Shown in pieces: positions 9,442-17,805 of a stretch of DNA of 64,000 nt. The translations under genes and the position numbers were made by a program. The first letter of the stretch is position 1. Each line of letters begins with the position of its first letter. The stretch comes from Candidatus Porisulfidus sp. TsSOB (lineage in GTDB: Bacteria; Pseudomonadota; Gammaproteobacteria; Poriferisulfidales; Poriferisulfidaceae): assembly GCA_002631715.1 (NCBI GenBank), contig MRSX01000010.1, positions 18,713 to 82,712 of the forward strand. Reading direction: 5' to 3'. The notes under the pieces are model-generated. The model did no database searches. It was not told the origin of the DNA and worked only from the letters and a program-made list of their open reading frames with translations.

Positions 9442-11865
9442 TTACGTAGTCAATTCGGCAATATCGGCAGCAGCGCGAGATGCTGTTTCGTGAATTGTCT
9501 CGCTCAACTCACTATAGTCGTCCATCCCGCAGGATCGAGCGATCATCTCCTCGACACTCGGACTTGCTGTTCCATTCAAAGGTCCGTCTTGCATGGTCAA
9601 CCGCGAGATCCCCCGCAGGTTCTGCCACATTTTTGCAGCCTCCGCCAACCGCGTTGCAGCTTCAGAAGAGACTAACCCATTTGCGCCCGCAGTTTGGAAA
9701 ACTGAAATCGCATCAGGGGTCAAGATGTCCGGAGTCTCGCTCGCGTGGGTCAATTGCAGGAACCGAGCAGCACGCTCGACATCCTGGCGTCCGCCTCGCA
9801 TATCTTCGATCGACTGCAGGTCGGATCCAGCTGTGCCTGCAGCGACCCCGTGCAATTCGGAAATCAAGGCGTCACGCGCAGCTCCCTGGGCTAGGATTTC
9901 ATGTCTCGCTTCATCAAATCGCTCTCCGATCTCGGGATCGCCAGACACAAAGATGCACCGCGCCCGAGTCAAATCCAACATTTCCTCAGTCGAACCGACA
10001 GTTTGGTGGTGTTTTCTAAAATCGGCAAGAGAGTAAATGGTCTTCCCTTGTTCGAGGTTCGAAGCCGACTCAAACAGGAGGCTCCCGTGTGATAAAGAGT
10101 GCAATGCCTCGTGATAGCGGAAGCACATCACTTCGTTGTGCATCTCGGAAGAACCGCTCGTTTCGTAAACGATCACCGTACGGAGTTCAGTGCCAAGCAT
10201 TGCCTCCCTGCTGGCCAAATCTCCCAAAACCGCCACCGCCACGCCGTCTCCGGCCTGGCGGATGTGCCGACTGGCCAACCCCTTGTCAACCGCTGATAGC
10301 AGGGACGCAATCGAAGCTTCAGCGACATTGGACAGCGCTATACCCGCCTCAGCCGGCGACAAGCTACCCCGCATCATGTGCACGCCGATCTGGAAGGCCT
10401 TGTCGTTTGACCAGTGCCGTGCAGCTTCCACTGCTTCTCGGGTTCCTTGAATCGGGATCTCCGCGATCCTTTCCCGCATTTCGGAGACAGTGAATTCGCG
10501 TGTCCAGTACAAACGCGCAAGGCCACTGCGAGCAACCCTCTCGTAGTCCGAATCGGGCCCAAAACCCTCCGGGAGATCAAGGTCGGTGAATTCCCTGTCC
10601 TGAAGGTTTTCGAGTAATTCCGGTGAGTGGTTGATCCATTCGGCTAGAAGAGGTGCGGTATCAAGAATCTTGCCAATCTCCTCAAATGCGTCTGGATACC
10701 CGGCGTACGCCCGACTGTCATAAACGTGCCAGTCCTTAATTTCCGGATAGAATTTCGCGCGCCATTCATCGACCAGCGGATCCATCGTCTTGAACCAACG
10801 TCGGGCGGAAAGGGCTAGGCCAGCCATTTTCAGATAGTTGCCCGGGAGTTTAGGCGATTCGTCCTTGCCATAGTGTTGCAGCACCGGATAATGCCGGTTT
10901 GCCTCCATGTGATGATCAGCATGGCGCTGCATGTTGTAAAAAATCCAATTCGTGAATCTGCTGGAAGCAGTCCAAGAATGCCGTGGCAGCACTTTCTCAT
11001 ACCGGCCATTAAGTAGACGGATGCGCTGCAATCCGTAGTGCTGGACATAATTGATGACCTTCATCGAAAGGATCATGCTGAGGCAAACCACGGCGAAAAC
11101 CAGCACCGCCCACGGGCCACCCATCCAATAGATCAATGCATACCACACCGCGGTCTCAAAAGCATACCGCCAAAACGGGTTGGTGTAATGCCACACCGGC
11201 AGACGTCGGCGCGCCAGCCGCTGACGTGCGAATCGCCAAGCCTCGGTGAGGCTACACTTCAAATCTCTCGGGATATGTTGCCAGAAACTTACACCCTTGG
11301 GAGCGGACCCAGGGTCTCCAGGAGTGCTAACGAGAGCGTGATGAACATAGATGTGTTCTGTCGCGTAATGTGGATAGGAAGCGGAGGCCAGCAAGAACTC
11401 ACCAAGCCAACGCTGCCACGCGATACGTCGATGGACCAATTCATGACCGACAATGAAGACCACCTGGCCGATATTTGCCAGCCCCATCACCAGTATCACA
11501 ATTTCCCAAACGGCCAGATGGCCAACAACAAGAATCTGCCAGAGTGAAAATACCAGCGTCACCGGCCAGAATATCGCCCATAGCAAGACGGTCAACTCAT
11601 ACCAGAACAATTGCCTTTCGGACGTCTGGGTTGGGTCCATGTTCCGCTCTTCCTGCCCGAATGCGCCATCGAGGCTTTCCACAATGATCAGGTAAGCAAT
11701 CGGACCCATGAGCCACCAGCCACCGTACATCGCGGCGCAAGCGGTAAGTGGAAAAGCCACAAGGGACAGGAAGTACAGCAGGGCGTGCCGAATTGATGGT
11801 TCAATTCTTCCTACTTCAACCGTTCCAGTGCCTAGAGCGCCTGTGTCCACCCCACCTCCATTCAT
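9442..11865 (-). CDS. AlkB-like membrane diiron hydroxylase/desaturase fused to a degenerate GlnE-type adenylyltransferase domain
   Basis: His boxes HELVH, HYATEHIYVHH, NYVQHYG and QRHADHH. The C-terminal ~420 aa resembles the GlnE C-terminal domain (AFQIGVH..RG...AEAG, LTRAR, GGRQDVE...FLQL). Start placed at ATG 11865, with GAGGAGG upstream. Confidence 0.85.
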   Translation of the reverse strand: MNGGGVDTGALGTGTVEVGRIEPSIRHALLYFLSLVAFPLTACAAMYGGWWLMGPIAYLIIVESLDGAFGQEERNMDPTQTSERQLFWYELTVLLWAIFWPVTLVFSLWQILVVGHLAVWEIVILVMGLANIGQVVFIVGHELVHRRIAWQRWLGEFLLASASYPHYATEHIYVHHALVSTPGDPGSAPKGVSFWQHIPRDLKCSLTEAWRFARQRLARRRLPVWHYTNPFWRYAFETAVWYALIYWMGGPWAVLVFAVVCLSMILSMKVINYVQHYGLQRIRLLNGRYEKVLPRHSWTASSRFTNWIFYNMQRHADHHMEANRHYPVLQHYGKDESPKLPGNYLKMAGLALSARRWFKTMDPLVDEWRAKFYPEIKDWHVYDSRAYAGYPDAFEEIGKILDTAPLLAEWINHSPELLENLQDREFTDLDLPEGFGPDSDYERVARSGLARLYWTREFTVSEMRERIAEIPIQGTREAVEAARHWSNDKAFQIGVHMMRGSLSPAEAGIALSNVAEASIASLLSAVDKGLASRHIRQAGDGVAVAVLGDLASREAMLGTELRTVIVYETSGSSEMHNEVMCFRYHEALHSLSHGSLLFESASNLEQGKTIYSLADFRKHHQTVGSTEEMLDLTRARCIFVSGDPEIGERFDEARHEILAQGAARDALISELHGVAAGTAGSDLQSIEDMRGGRQDVERAARFLQLTHASETPDILTPDAISVFQTAGANGLVSSEAATRLAEAAKMWQNLRGISRLTMQDGPLNGTASPSVEEMIARSCGMDDYSELSETIHETASRAAADIAELTT

Positions 11866-11900
11866 AGCAACCTCCTCGCTCAGGTTATTGCAATGATATA

Positions 11901-11934
11901 TAGACAATTGTCTACGACGAAGTAGCCGTGTCAA
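11901..11934 (-). promoter_or_regulatory. Putative sigma70 promoter overlapped by a perfect 14-bp palindrome (candidate operator)
   Basis: Minus-strand TTGACA (11934-11929), N16, GACAAT (11912-11907); TAGACAATTGTCTA at 11901-11914. Confidence 0.5.
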
Positions 11935-12143
11935 GCACAAACATTTTTTGTTCTATGTTCACGCCTTGGTTTCAATTTGTAACTGAACCTGTGTATTTGA
12001 TCGACAACGCAGACCCTCATTTGCCAGGGTAAAGCCGAACTGTAGCCAAAGAATAAAGGCTTTTGTCAGTGATATACTCATTTTTTACGCAAAACCACAT
12101 TATTCTGCGCGGCTCCGGCTTCAGCAATCGGTCAAATGTCATC

Positions 12144-13010
12144 ATGAGTAAGACTCAGCCTACCCAAGACACGAATCAGGAAAAAGAATCTTCGGTCTCC
12201 GCTTATTACGCCGAATCGACCGATTTCATGGTCAAGCGCGCTGGAGACCTGTTGGCCTATCACTATGGCCTTTGGGGGCCGGACACGACAACCGACGAGG
12301 AAGCTCTGCTACGCGCCGAACTCACCCTGGTTCAAGGGTGCGACCTCCAACCGGGACGGCGCATGCTGGATGCGGGCTGTGGTGTGGGAGGCACGGCGAT
12401 CATGCTGGCTGAAACATATGGCGTCCACGTTATCGGGCTGACTAATTGCGAGCCCCATATCGAGGTCGCAGAAGAACATGCACGGCAGCGCGGAGTCGGT
12501 CACCTGACCGAGTTCCATTACGGGGATTTTATGGATTTCCCATTCCCCGATGCAAGTTTCAATTCAGTCCTGAACCACAACTCTTTCTGCTATGCTCCAG
12601 ATAAGCTAGCCTACTTGCAGGGTGTGCACCGCGTGCTCAAGCCTGGAGGACGGTGGCAGGCTGTGGATATCCTGACGCAAGGTGCGCCAATGTCCGAAAC
12701 ACGGGAAGCATATAAGACTAATGTGGAACAGGGCTGGTACCTGCCACCCGTAGCTTCGTGGCCCGACGTGGCCGCGGCCCTTGAGGAAGCGGGATTCGAT
12801 CAAATTGAGTGCCAAGACCTTTCCTCCGAAGTATTGCCTTCCACGGAAAAGATCCGGAAGCAATGGCAACTGTACACATTTCTGATTCCCCCATCCGGTT
12901 GGCCAAGCGGGGCGATCTTGGAATCTGCAGAAGCTGCTGTGAACTACAGCCTAGGGTTGAAGGAAGACGTGTTCACTTACAATTTTTTATCTGGCAGAAA
13001 ACCAGATTAA
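12144..13010 (+). CDS. Class I SAM-dependent methyltransferase (sterol/tocopherol C-methyltransferase-like)
   Basis: YHYGLW, motif I LDAGCGVGG, GDFMDFPFPDASF, RVLKPGG. ATG 12144 preferred over TTG 12063. Confidence 0.88.
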   Translation: MSKTQPTQDTNQEKESSVSAYYAESTDFMVKRAGDLLAYHYGLWGPDTTTDEEALLRAELTLVQGCDLQPGRRMLDAGCGVGGTAIMLAETYGVHVIGLTNCEPHIEVAEEHARQRGVGHLTEFHYGDFMDFPFPDASFNSVLNHNSFCYAPDKLAYLQGVHRVLKPGGRWQAVDILTQGAPMSETREAYKTNVEQGWYLPPVASWPDVAAALEEAGFDQIECQDLSSEVLPSTEKIRKQWQLYTFLIPPSGWPSGAILESAEAAVNYSLGLKEDVFTYNFLSGRKPD

Positions 13011-13068
13011 AGAACTGCACCACAAAAACATCCACCCAAATAGAATCTCAGAAAAAGAGGCACATTTC

Positions 13069-14160
13069 TTACAGCAGACTGCGTTGAATCGGTTCCTTCT
13101 CGTCGGAATGCGGCGTCAAGTTCGAGACTGTCACTCCAAGCAGGCGCACTGCACGGCCTGACTCCGTGGCCCGGCGCAGCAAATCCGGCAGGATAGCCAC
13201 CATCTGCCGGTACGAAGTCAACGGTTGATCAAACGAATGGCTCCGAGTAACCTGCGTGAAATCGCTGAACTTGACTTTCACCGTGACAGTTTTTCCGGTT
13301 AGTTGCTTTTCCTGCAAATCCAGCGCCACCTCGCGTGCCCGCAACTTGAGCGCATTCAGCATTTCTTCCAGATCCTGAATGTCCTGCACGAATGTCGTTT
13401 CCGAACCCAGTGACTTGCGCGGCCGGTCCGGCTCTACTTCACGCAGATCCACGCCCCGTGCCGCTTGGTAGTAGTACTCGGCATGCTTCCCGAACAAAGG
13501 CTGGAGCCGCTCCAGCGGCCACTCCCTGAGATCGGCTCCGGTTTCGATTCCCAATTCCTTCATTCGTGCCGCTGTGACCGGCCCGATCCCGAAGAATTTT
13601 CGGATCGGCAGGCAAGCCACCAGCTTCGGACCATCCTCCGGGCGCACCACGGTCAAGCCGTCCGGCTTGTTCATGTCCGAAGCGATCTTGGCGAGGAACT
13701 TGTTGTATGAGACGCCGGCCGAACCGGTCAATCGAGTTTTCTCCAGGATACGACGCTTGATATCGCGCGCAATGTCGGTGGCGATTCCGCCGAATAGACG
13801 GCAGCCAGTCACGTCTAGGTACGCCTCATCCAAGGACAAGGGCTCGACCTTGGGAGTGTACTGGAGGAAGATTTCACGTATTTCGGCCGACACTGCACGG
13901 TACAGGTCGAACCGCGGCCGGATGAAGATTACTTCCGGGCATCGTTTCTTGGCAGTCCGGCTCGCCATTGCCGAGTGAATGCCATAGGCTCGGGCTTCGT
14001 AATTGCATGTCGCCACCGTGCCCCGCCGTTCCGGATCACCACCGACTACCAGAGGCCGACCTCGTAGCGAAGGATCCTCGCGCATCTCGACTGCCGCATA
14101 GAACGCATCCATGTCAATGTGGATGATGCGGCGTGCATAAGGATCGTCAGCGGATGCCAT
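13069..14160 (-). CDS. dinB: DNA polymerase IV
   Basis: IIHIDMDAFYAAVE, CNYEARAYGIHSAM, EPLSLDEAYLD, SDMNKPDG. Confidence 0.97.
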   Translation of the reverse strand: MASADDPYARRIIHIDMDAFYAAVEMREDPSLRGRPLVVGGDPERRGTVATCNYEARAYGIHSAMASRTAKKRCPEVIFIRPRFDLYRAVSAEIREIFLQYTPKVEPLSLDEAYLDVTGCRLFGGIATDIARDIKRRILEKTRLTGSAGVSYNKFLAKIASDMNKPDGLTVVRPEDGPKLVACLPIRKFFGIGPVTAARMKELGIETGADLREWPLERLQPLFGKHAEYYYQAARGVDLREVEPDRPRKSLGSETTFVQDIQDLEEMLNALKLRAREVALDLQEKQLTGKTVTVKVKFSDFTQVTRSHSFDQPLTSYRQMVAILPDLLRRATESGRAVRLLGVTVSNLTPHSDEKEPIQRSLL

Positions 14161-14179
14161 GACCCCGTACCGGTTGGAA

Positions 14180-14878
14180 TCAATCGGGGGAGAACCGGGC
14201 GCGTACCGCCTCCCGGTCGAACCACCAGTCTGGCGTGATCGTGTCGAGGATGCGTGCCATTCGTTCCAGCAATAGATCTACATCATCCAGATCATGCATT
14301 TGCACCCAGATCCCGATCGCCTCTTCGTCAGTGATGCCACGGTGGCGCTCAGCCACTTCCGCCACCTGTTGCCGGGCCAAGAAGACCAGGCGATCGCGCT
14401 CCGCTCCGGTTGCACGCTTGTCCATGAGGAAATAAGCCAGCATCGCAGCCACGGCCGCACCATCGGAATGAGCCGGAGTCTCCTCGACCAAATGGCGGAA
14501 CAGCTGCCAAGTCAGATCCGGATCCATGGGGCAAGCCAGCGCAAGCCAAAGGCCGTGTCCCAAGGCTGACGTAGACTCCGGCTGTTCGCTCAGGTACATG
14601 ACCTGGCAGGCCGAGGCCGCCTCTTCGTAGCGTTCCGTCCGAACACCCGCATCCAGTACCTCCCGGGCCATCGAAAAAGCCGTCTCAGACTCGCCGAGAT
14701 CAAGCAGAACCTGGGAAAGTTCCAATTGTGCGTCAAGACGTTCCGAATCCTTGAGATCCGGGCGGCGCAACTCCTTCTCCAGCGTCAACCGACGCTGCTG
14801 CTGTGCCGACTGCCCTGCGGTCGCGGCATCATCGATCAACCGGTCTTCCAGCCGACGGGTTTGCCCGAATTCACTCAT
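14180..14878 (-). CDS. Conserved hypothetical helical (TPR-like) protein
   Basis: 232-aa ORF co-directional with its neighbours, host-like codon usage, helical pattern. Confidence 0.7.
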   Translation of the reverse strand: MSEFGQTRRLEDRLIDDAATAGQSAQQQRRLTLEKELRRPDLKDSERLDAQLELSQVLLDLGESETAFSMAREVLDAGVRTERYEEAASACQVMYLSEQPESTSALGHGLWLALACPMDPDLTWQLFRHLVEETPAHSDGAAVAAMLAYFLMDKRATGAERDRLVFLARQQVAEVAERHRGITDEEAIGIWVQMHDLDDVDLLLERMARILDTITPDWWFDREAVRARFSPD

Positions 14879-14905
14879 AATCCCTTATTGTACGGAGGGT
14901 CTGCC

Positions 14906-14936
14906 AAAAAAAGCGCCCCCTGAAAAGGGGGCGCTC
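14906..14936 (-). terminator. Rho-independent terminator of the alkB-like gene
   Basis: agcgccccc-tgaaaa-gggggcgct hairpin preceded by an A7 tract (U-tail on the minus strand). Confidence 0.8.
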
Positions 14937-14959
14937 TTGTGTAACGAGGGTTTCAGACC

Positions 14960-16102
14960 TTATGCGTAGCCTGCAACCTTGTTGATCGCCCGGGAGACTT
15001 CCAACTCGCCTTCAGAGGCTTCGTTGTCGTCCCACTTCTTCAACTCAATTTCCATGAGAGCATGGAATGCCGGTGGGATCAGCGCCAGTGCGAACAGGGT
15101 GAAATACCCCATCCCCGTATTTGGCGCCCCGACCTCGTCGAGCTCCCAGAAGTGAGTTTCACCACGGTCGTGGTGGTCTGCCTGACGGCCAATCTCGATG
15201 AAGAACCAGCTGGTGAACGCCGTGCTGTTATCCCAGCTATGGCGATAGTCGATGGGCTGGCCTTTCTCGCGAATCAGCCCATAGTGCTCCAGATAGTTGA
15301 GCGCTTCCAGCTCGAAGTTCGAGATCATCCAGATCAGCAGCATGGCGCAGATGCCGAGCCAGCCGCCTGCCATCCAGAACAGGAAGAGCGTCGGCAAACT
15401 CATTGCATAGCCACGGATCCAGCGGTTCTGCCAAGACAGGAACGGCACGCCCAGACGCTCTAGGCGATGCTTCTCCATCGAATACAGGAATTTGCTCTGG
15501 CCGAAATAGGATTTCGGGAAATGAGCGTACAGACTGCGTCCGCGCGGCGAAGTTGCGGGATCATCCTCGCAACCCAGTTCCAGATGGTGGTTGTACACAT
15601 GCGCATAGCAGAAATGGGATGAACCGGACAAACCCATCATCCAGCGTGCAATCACGAAGCTGAAGCCCTTGGTGTGCGCCAACTCGTGCCCGTAGATGAT
15701 GCCGATGCCGGCAAAGATGCCAGTCGAAACGACCGCCCCGACCAACTGCATCCCGGTAATCCCTTCCTGATAGGACAGGCCCAGGAAAGTGCCGGTCCCC
15801 ATCGGGACACCATTTACATATTGGTAGATGCGCCAGCAGATCGCCAACTGCAATAGGACGAAAACGCCCAGCATGCTGTACATGACACCGTTCTGAAGGG
15901 CGGGAATGCCATAGGTGTTACCCTCTTCGTCAAACCCCGCACCCATGGTGCGTTGTGGCGTGGTGGTATCAACCAGAATGCCGATGCCCATCAGGGCGAT
16001 TCCGGTCCAGACCCACGGGCCGCCTGCCAAGACCCCGAACAGTGCCGACAGGATCAGCAGCGGCGCGAGGAAATAGCGTAGATTGATAAACAGTTTTTTC
16101 AC
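14960..16102 (-). CDS. Alkane 1-monooxygenase/XylM-like membrane diiron enzyme (AlkB family)
   Basis: HELAH, HFCYAHVYNHH, DPATSPRG, NYLEHYG, RQADHH; GTG start with GGAGGAG RBS. Confidence 0.88.
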   Translation of the reverse strand: MKKLFINLRYFLAPLLILSALFGVLAGGPWVWTGIALMGIGILVDTTTPQRTMGAGFDEEGNTYGIPALQNGVMYSMLGVFVLLQLAICWRIYQYVNGVPMGTGTFLGLSYQEGITGMQLVGAVVSTGIFAGIGIIYGHELAHTKGFSFVIARWMMGLSGSSHFCYAHVYNHHLELGCEDDPATSPRGRSLYAHFPKSYFGQSKFLYSMEKHRLERLGVPFLSWQNRWIRGYAMSLPTLFLFWMAGGWLGICAMLLIWMISNFELEALNYLEHYGLIREKGQPIDYRHSWDNSTAFTSWFFIEIGRQADHHDRGETHFWELDEVGAPNTGMGYFTLFALALIPPAFHALMEIELKKWDDNEASEGELEVSRAINKVAGYA

Positions 16103-16271
16103 GACTCCTCCTAAGTAATTCTGACAATCGTGGGGACACGATTCTTTTGAGGCTAATCTATCACAAATATTTCAACCTACTGGTTGGCCGACGGGAAGGC
16201 ATCCAGTACAATGGCTGTACGAAACACCGAATTACCCGGAATTTTCCTGAACAAAAGGTGGATAACTCGAC

Positions 16272-17228
16272 ATGGCCGAATTGCCGCTTCATCCCATCCA
16301 AGTCGCCGCGCGCCGCTCGGGCCTGAGCGTCGAGTTGATTCGCGCCTGGGAGCGTCGCTATCACGCAGTCGAGCCGATGCGCACTCAAAACCAGCGACGG
16401 TTGTACCGGGACGAGGACATCGAGCGCCTGCGCCTGCTGGCTCGCGCCACCGATGCCGGACGACGTATCGGCGACATCGCGCGGTCGTCCACTGCCGAAC
16501 TCCAAGCCATGGTGGAAGGAGATGAGCAGGCGGCAGTTCTGGTGCCTTCCCTTGGTTCCTCGCGCCCACGCACGGACGCGGTCATGGAATATTTCGACCG
16601 ATGTCTCGAGGCAATCGACAGGATGGACCCGGAACAACTGGCCGAAACCCTGAGTGACGCCGAGAAGAACCTAGTCGAGTTGTTCATGCAGGAAGACCTG
16701 ATTGCACCGCTGATCCAGCACATGCAAGACGAATGCCGCAATGGAACCCTGCGCATGGCTCAAAAGCACATGGCCGAAGGCGTAATCCGTAGTCACTTGC
16801 TGAACTATGCCATCCGCCCGGGAACCGGCTCCGCCTTCCGCGTGGTCGTGGCCGGCGGATTGTCCGGAACAGACGAACTTCCGCTGCTTCGCTTGGCCGT
16901 GGCGACCCGAGCCTACGGATGGCAGCCGATCTTCCTTGGCGCCGGGTTGTCTGCCGACGAGATCGCGTATGCGGCGGAACGTAGCCGGGCCCTGTGCACC
17001 GCCATCGCCGCCTACCCGGTCGATGATCCTTTGCTCCCGAATGAGTTGCGCAAACTCCGCCGCGCCGTCCCGGAAGGTCACCCAATCCTTCTGCACGGCT
17101 CCAACTTGAATCTTTTCGAGGCGGTGATTGACGATACCCAAGTCATCCCGACGCAGACGTTCGGTGAATTGCGGCTTGCCCTAGGGCGGATGCGGCTCGA
17201 TGCCCAGGCCGATGTCGAACCAGCCTGA
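16272..17228 (+). CDS. MerR-family regulator with CarH/LitR-like architecture
   Basis: HTH IRAWERRY...P.RT..QRRLY; helical bundle plus Rossmann B12-binding-like domain (GWQPIFLGAGL). Confidence 0.85.
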   Translation: MAELPLHPIQVAARRSGLSVELIRAWERRYHAVEPMRTQNQRRLYRDEDIERLRLLARATDAGRRIGDIARSSTAELQAMVEGDEQAAVLVPSLGSSRPRTDAVMEYFDRCLEAIDRMDPEQLAETLSDAEKNLVELFMQEDLIAPLIQHMQDECRNGTLRMAQKHMAEGVIRSHLLNYAIRPGTGSAFRVVVAGGLSGTDELPLLRLAVATRAYGWQPIFLGAGLSADEIAYAAERSRALCTAIAAYPVDDPLLPNELRKLRRAVPEGHPILLHGSNLNLFEAVIDDTQVIPTQTFGELRLALGRMRLDAQADVEPA

Positions 17229-17287
17229 TTTCTCTTCATCGGCACTCTATAGAATAGTCTGCAGGCTTACTACCCGGTTTCCATCCC

Positions 17288-17803
17288 ATGGGTTCACCTC
17301 AAAATTTCTCCTACGAGGAGCTCCTGCGTTGCGCGCGCGGCGAGATGTTCGGCGAAGGCAACGCCCAGTTGCCGAGTCCGAACATGCTGATGCTGGACCG
17401 CATCACGCATATTAGCGAACAAGGCGGTGCCTACGGGAAAGGTGAACTGCGGGCGGAATTGGACATTCGCCCCGACCTCTGGTTCTTCCAATGCCACTTT
17501 CCCGGTGATCCAGTGATGCCGGGCTGCTTGGGTCTGGATGCCTTGTGGCAGTTGGTGGGATTCTTCCTGGGATGGCAGGGTCATCCGGGGCGAGGCCGGG
17601 CGCTGGGCGTCGGCCGGGTCAAGTTTTCCGGTCAGGTGACTCCGGAAAACCGCGTTGTTCACTACCACATCCACCTCAAACGCCTGATCACCCGTTCACT
17701 GGTGATGGGAATTGCCGACGGCTTGGTCCAAGTGGACGGCCGCGACATCTACACTGCGAAGGATCTTCGGGTCGGCCTGTTCACCACCTTGGAACAGTTC
17801 TGA
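17288..17803 (+). CDS. fabA: 3-hydroxyacyl-ACP dehydratase/isomerase
   Basis: [40 protein letters not shown]. Confidence 0.97.
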   Translation: MGSPQNFSYEELLRCARGEMFGEGNAQLPSPNMLMLDRITHISEQGGAYGKGELRAELDIRPDLWFFQCHFPGDPVMPGCLGLDALWQLVGFFLGWQGHPGRGRALGVGRVKFSGQVTPENRVVHYHIHLKRLITRSLVMGIADGLVQVDGRDIYTAKDLRVGLFTTLEQF

Positions 17804-17805
17804 CC

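Noticed and set aside
13069-14160. dinB as a marker of a mobile element at the island edge
   Set aside because: Ordinary chromosomal DinB with host-like codon usage; no integrase, transposase or att site seen.
16246-16272. TGAACA/TGGATA/TCGACA hexamers as a CarH-type 11-bp direct-repeat operator
   Set aside because: Only the first spacing is 11 bp and the matches are degenerate; too weak to call.
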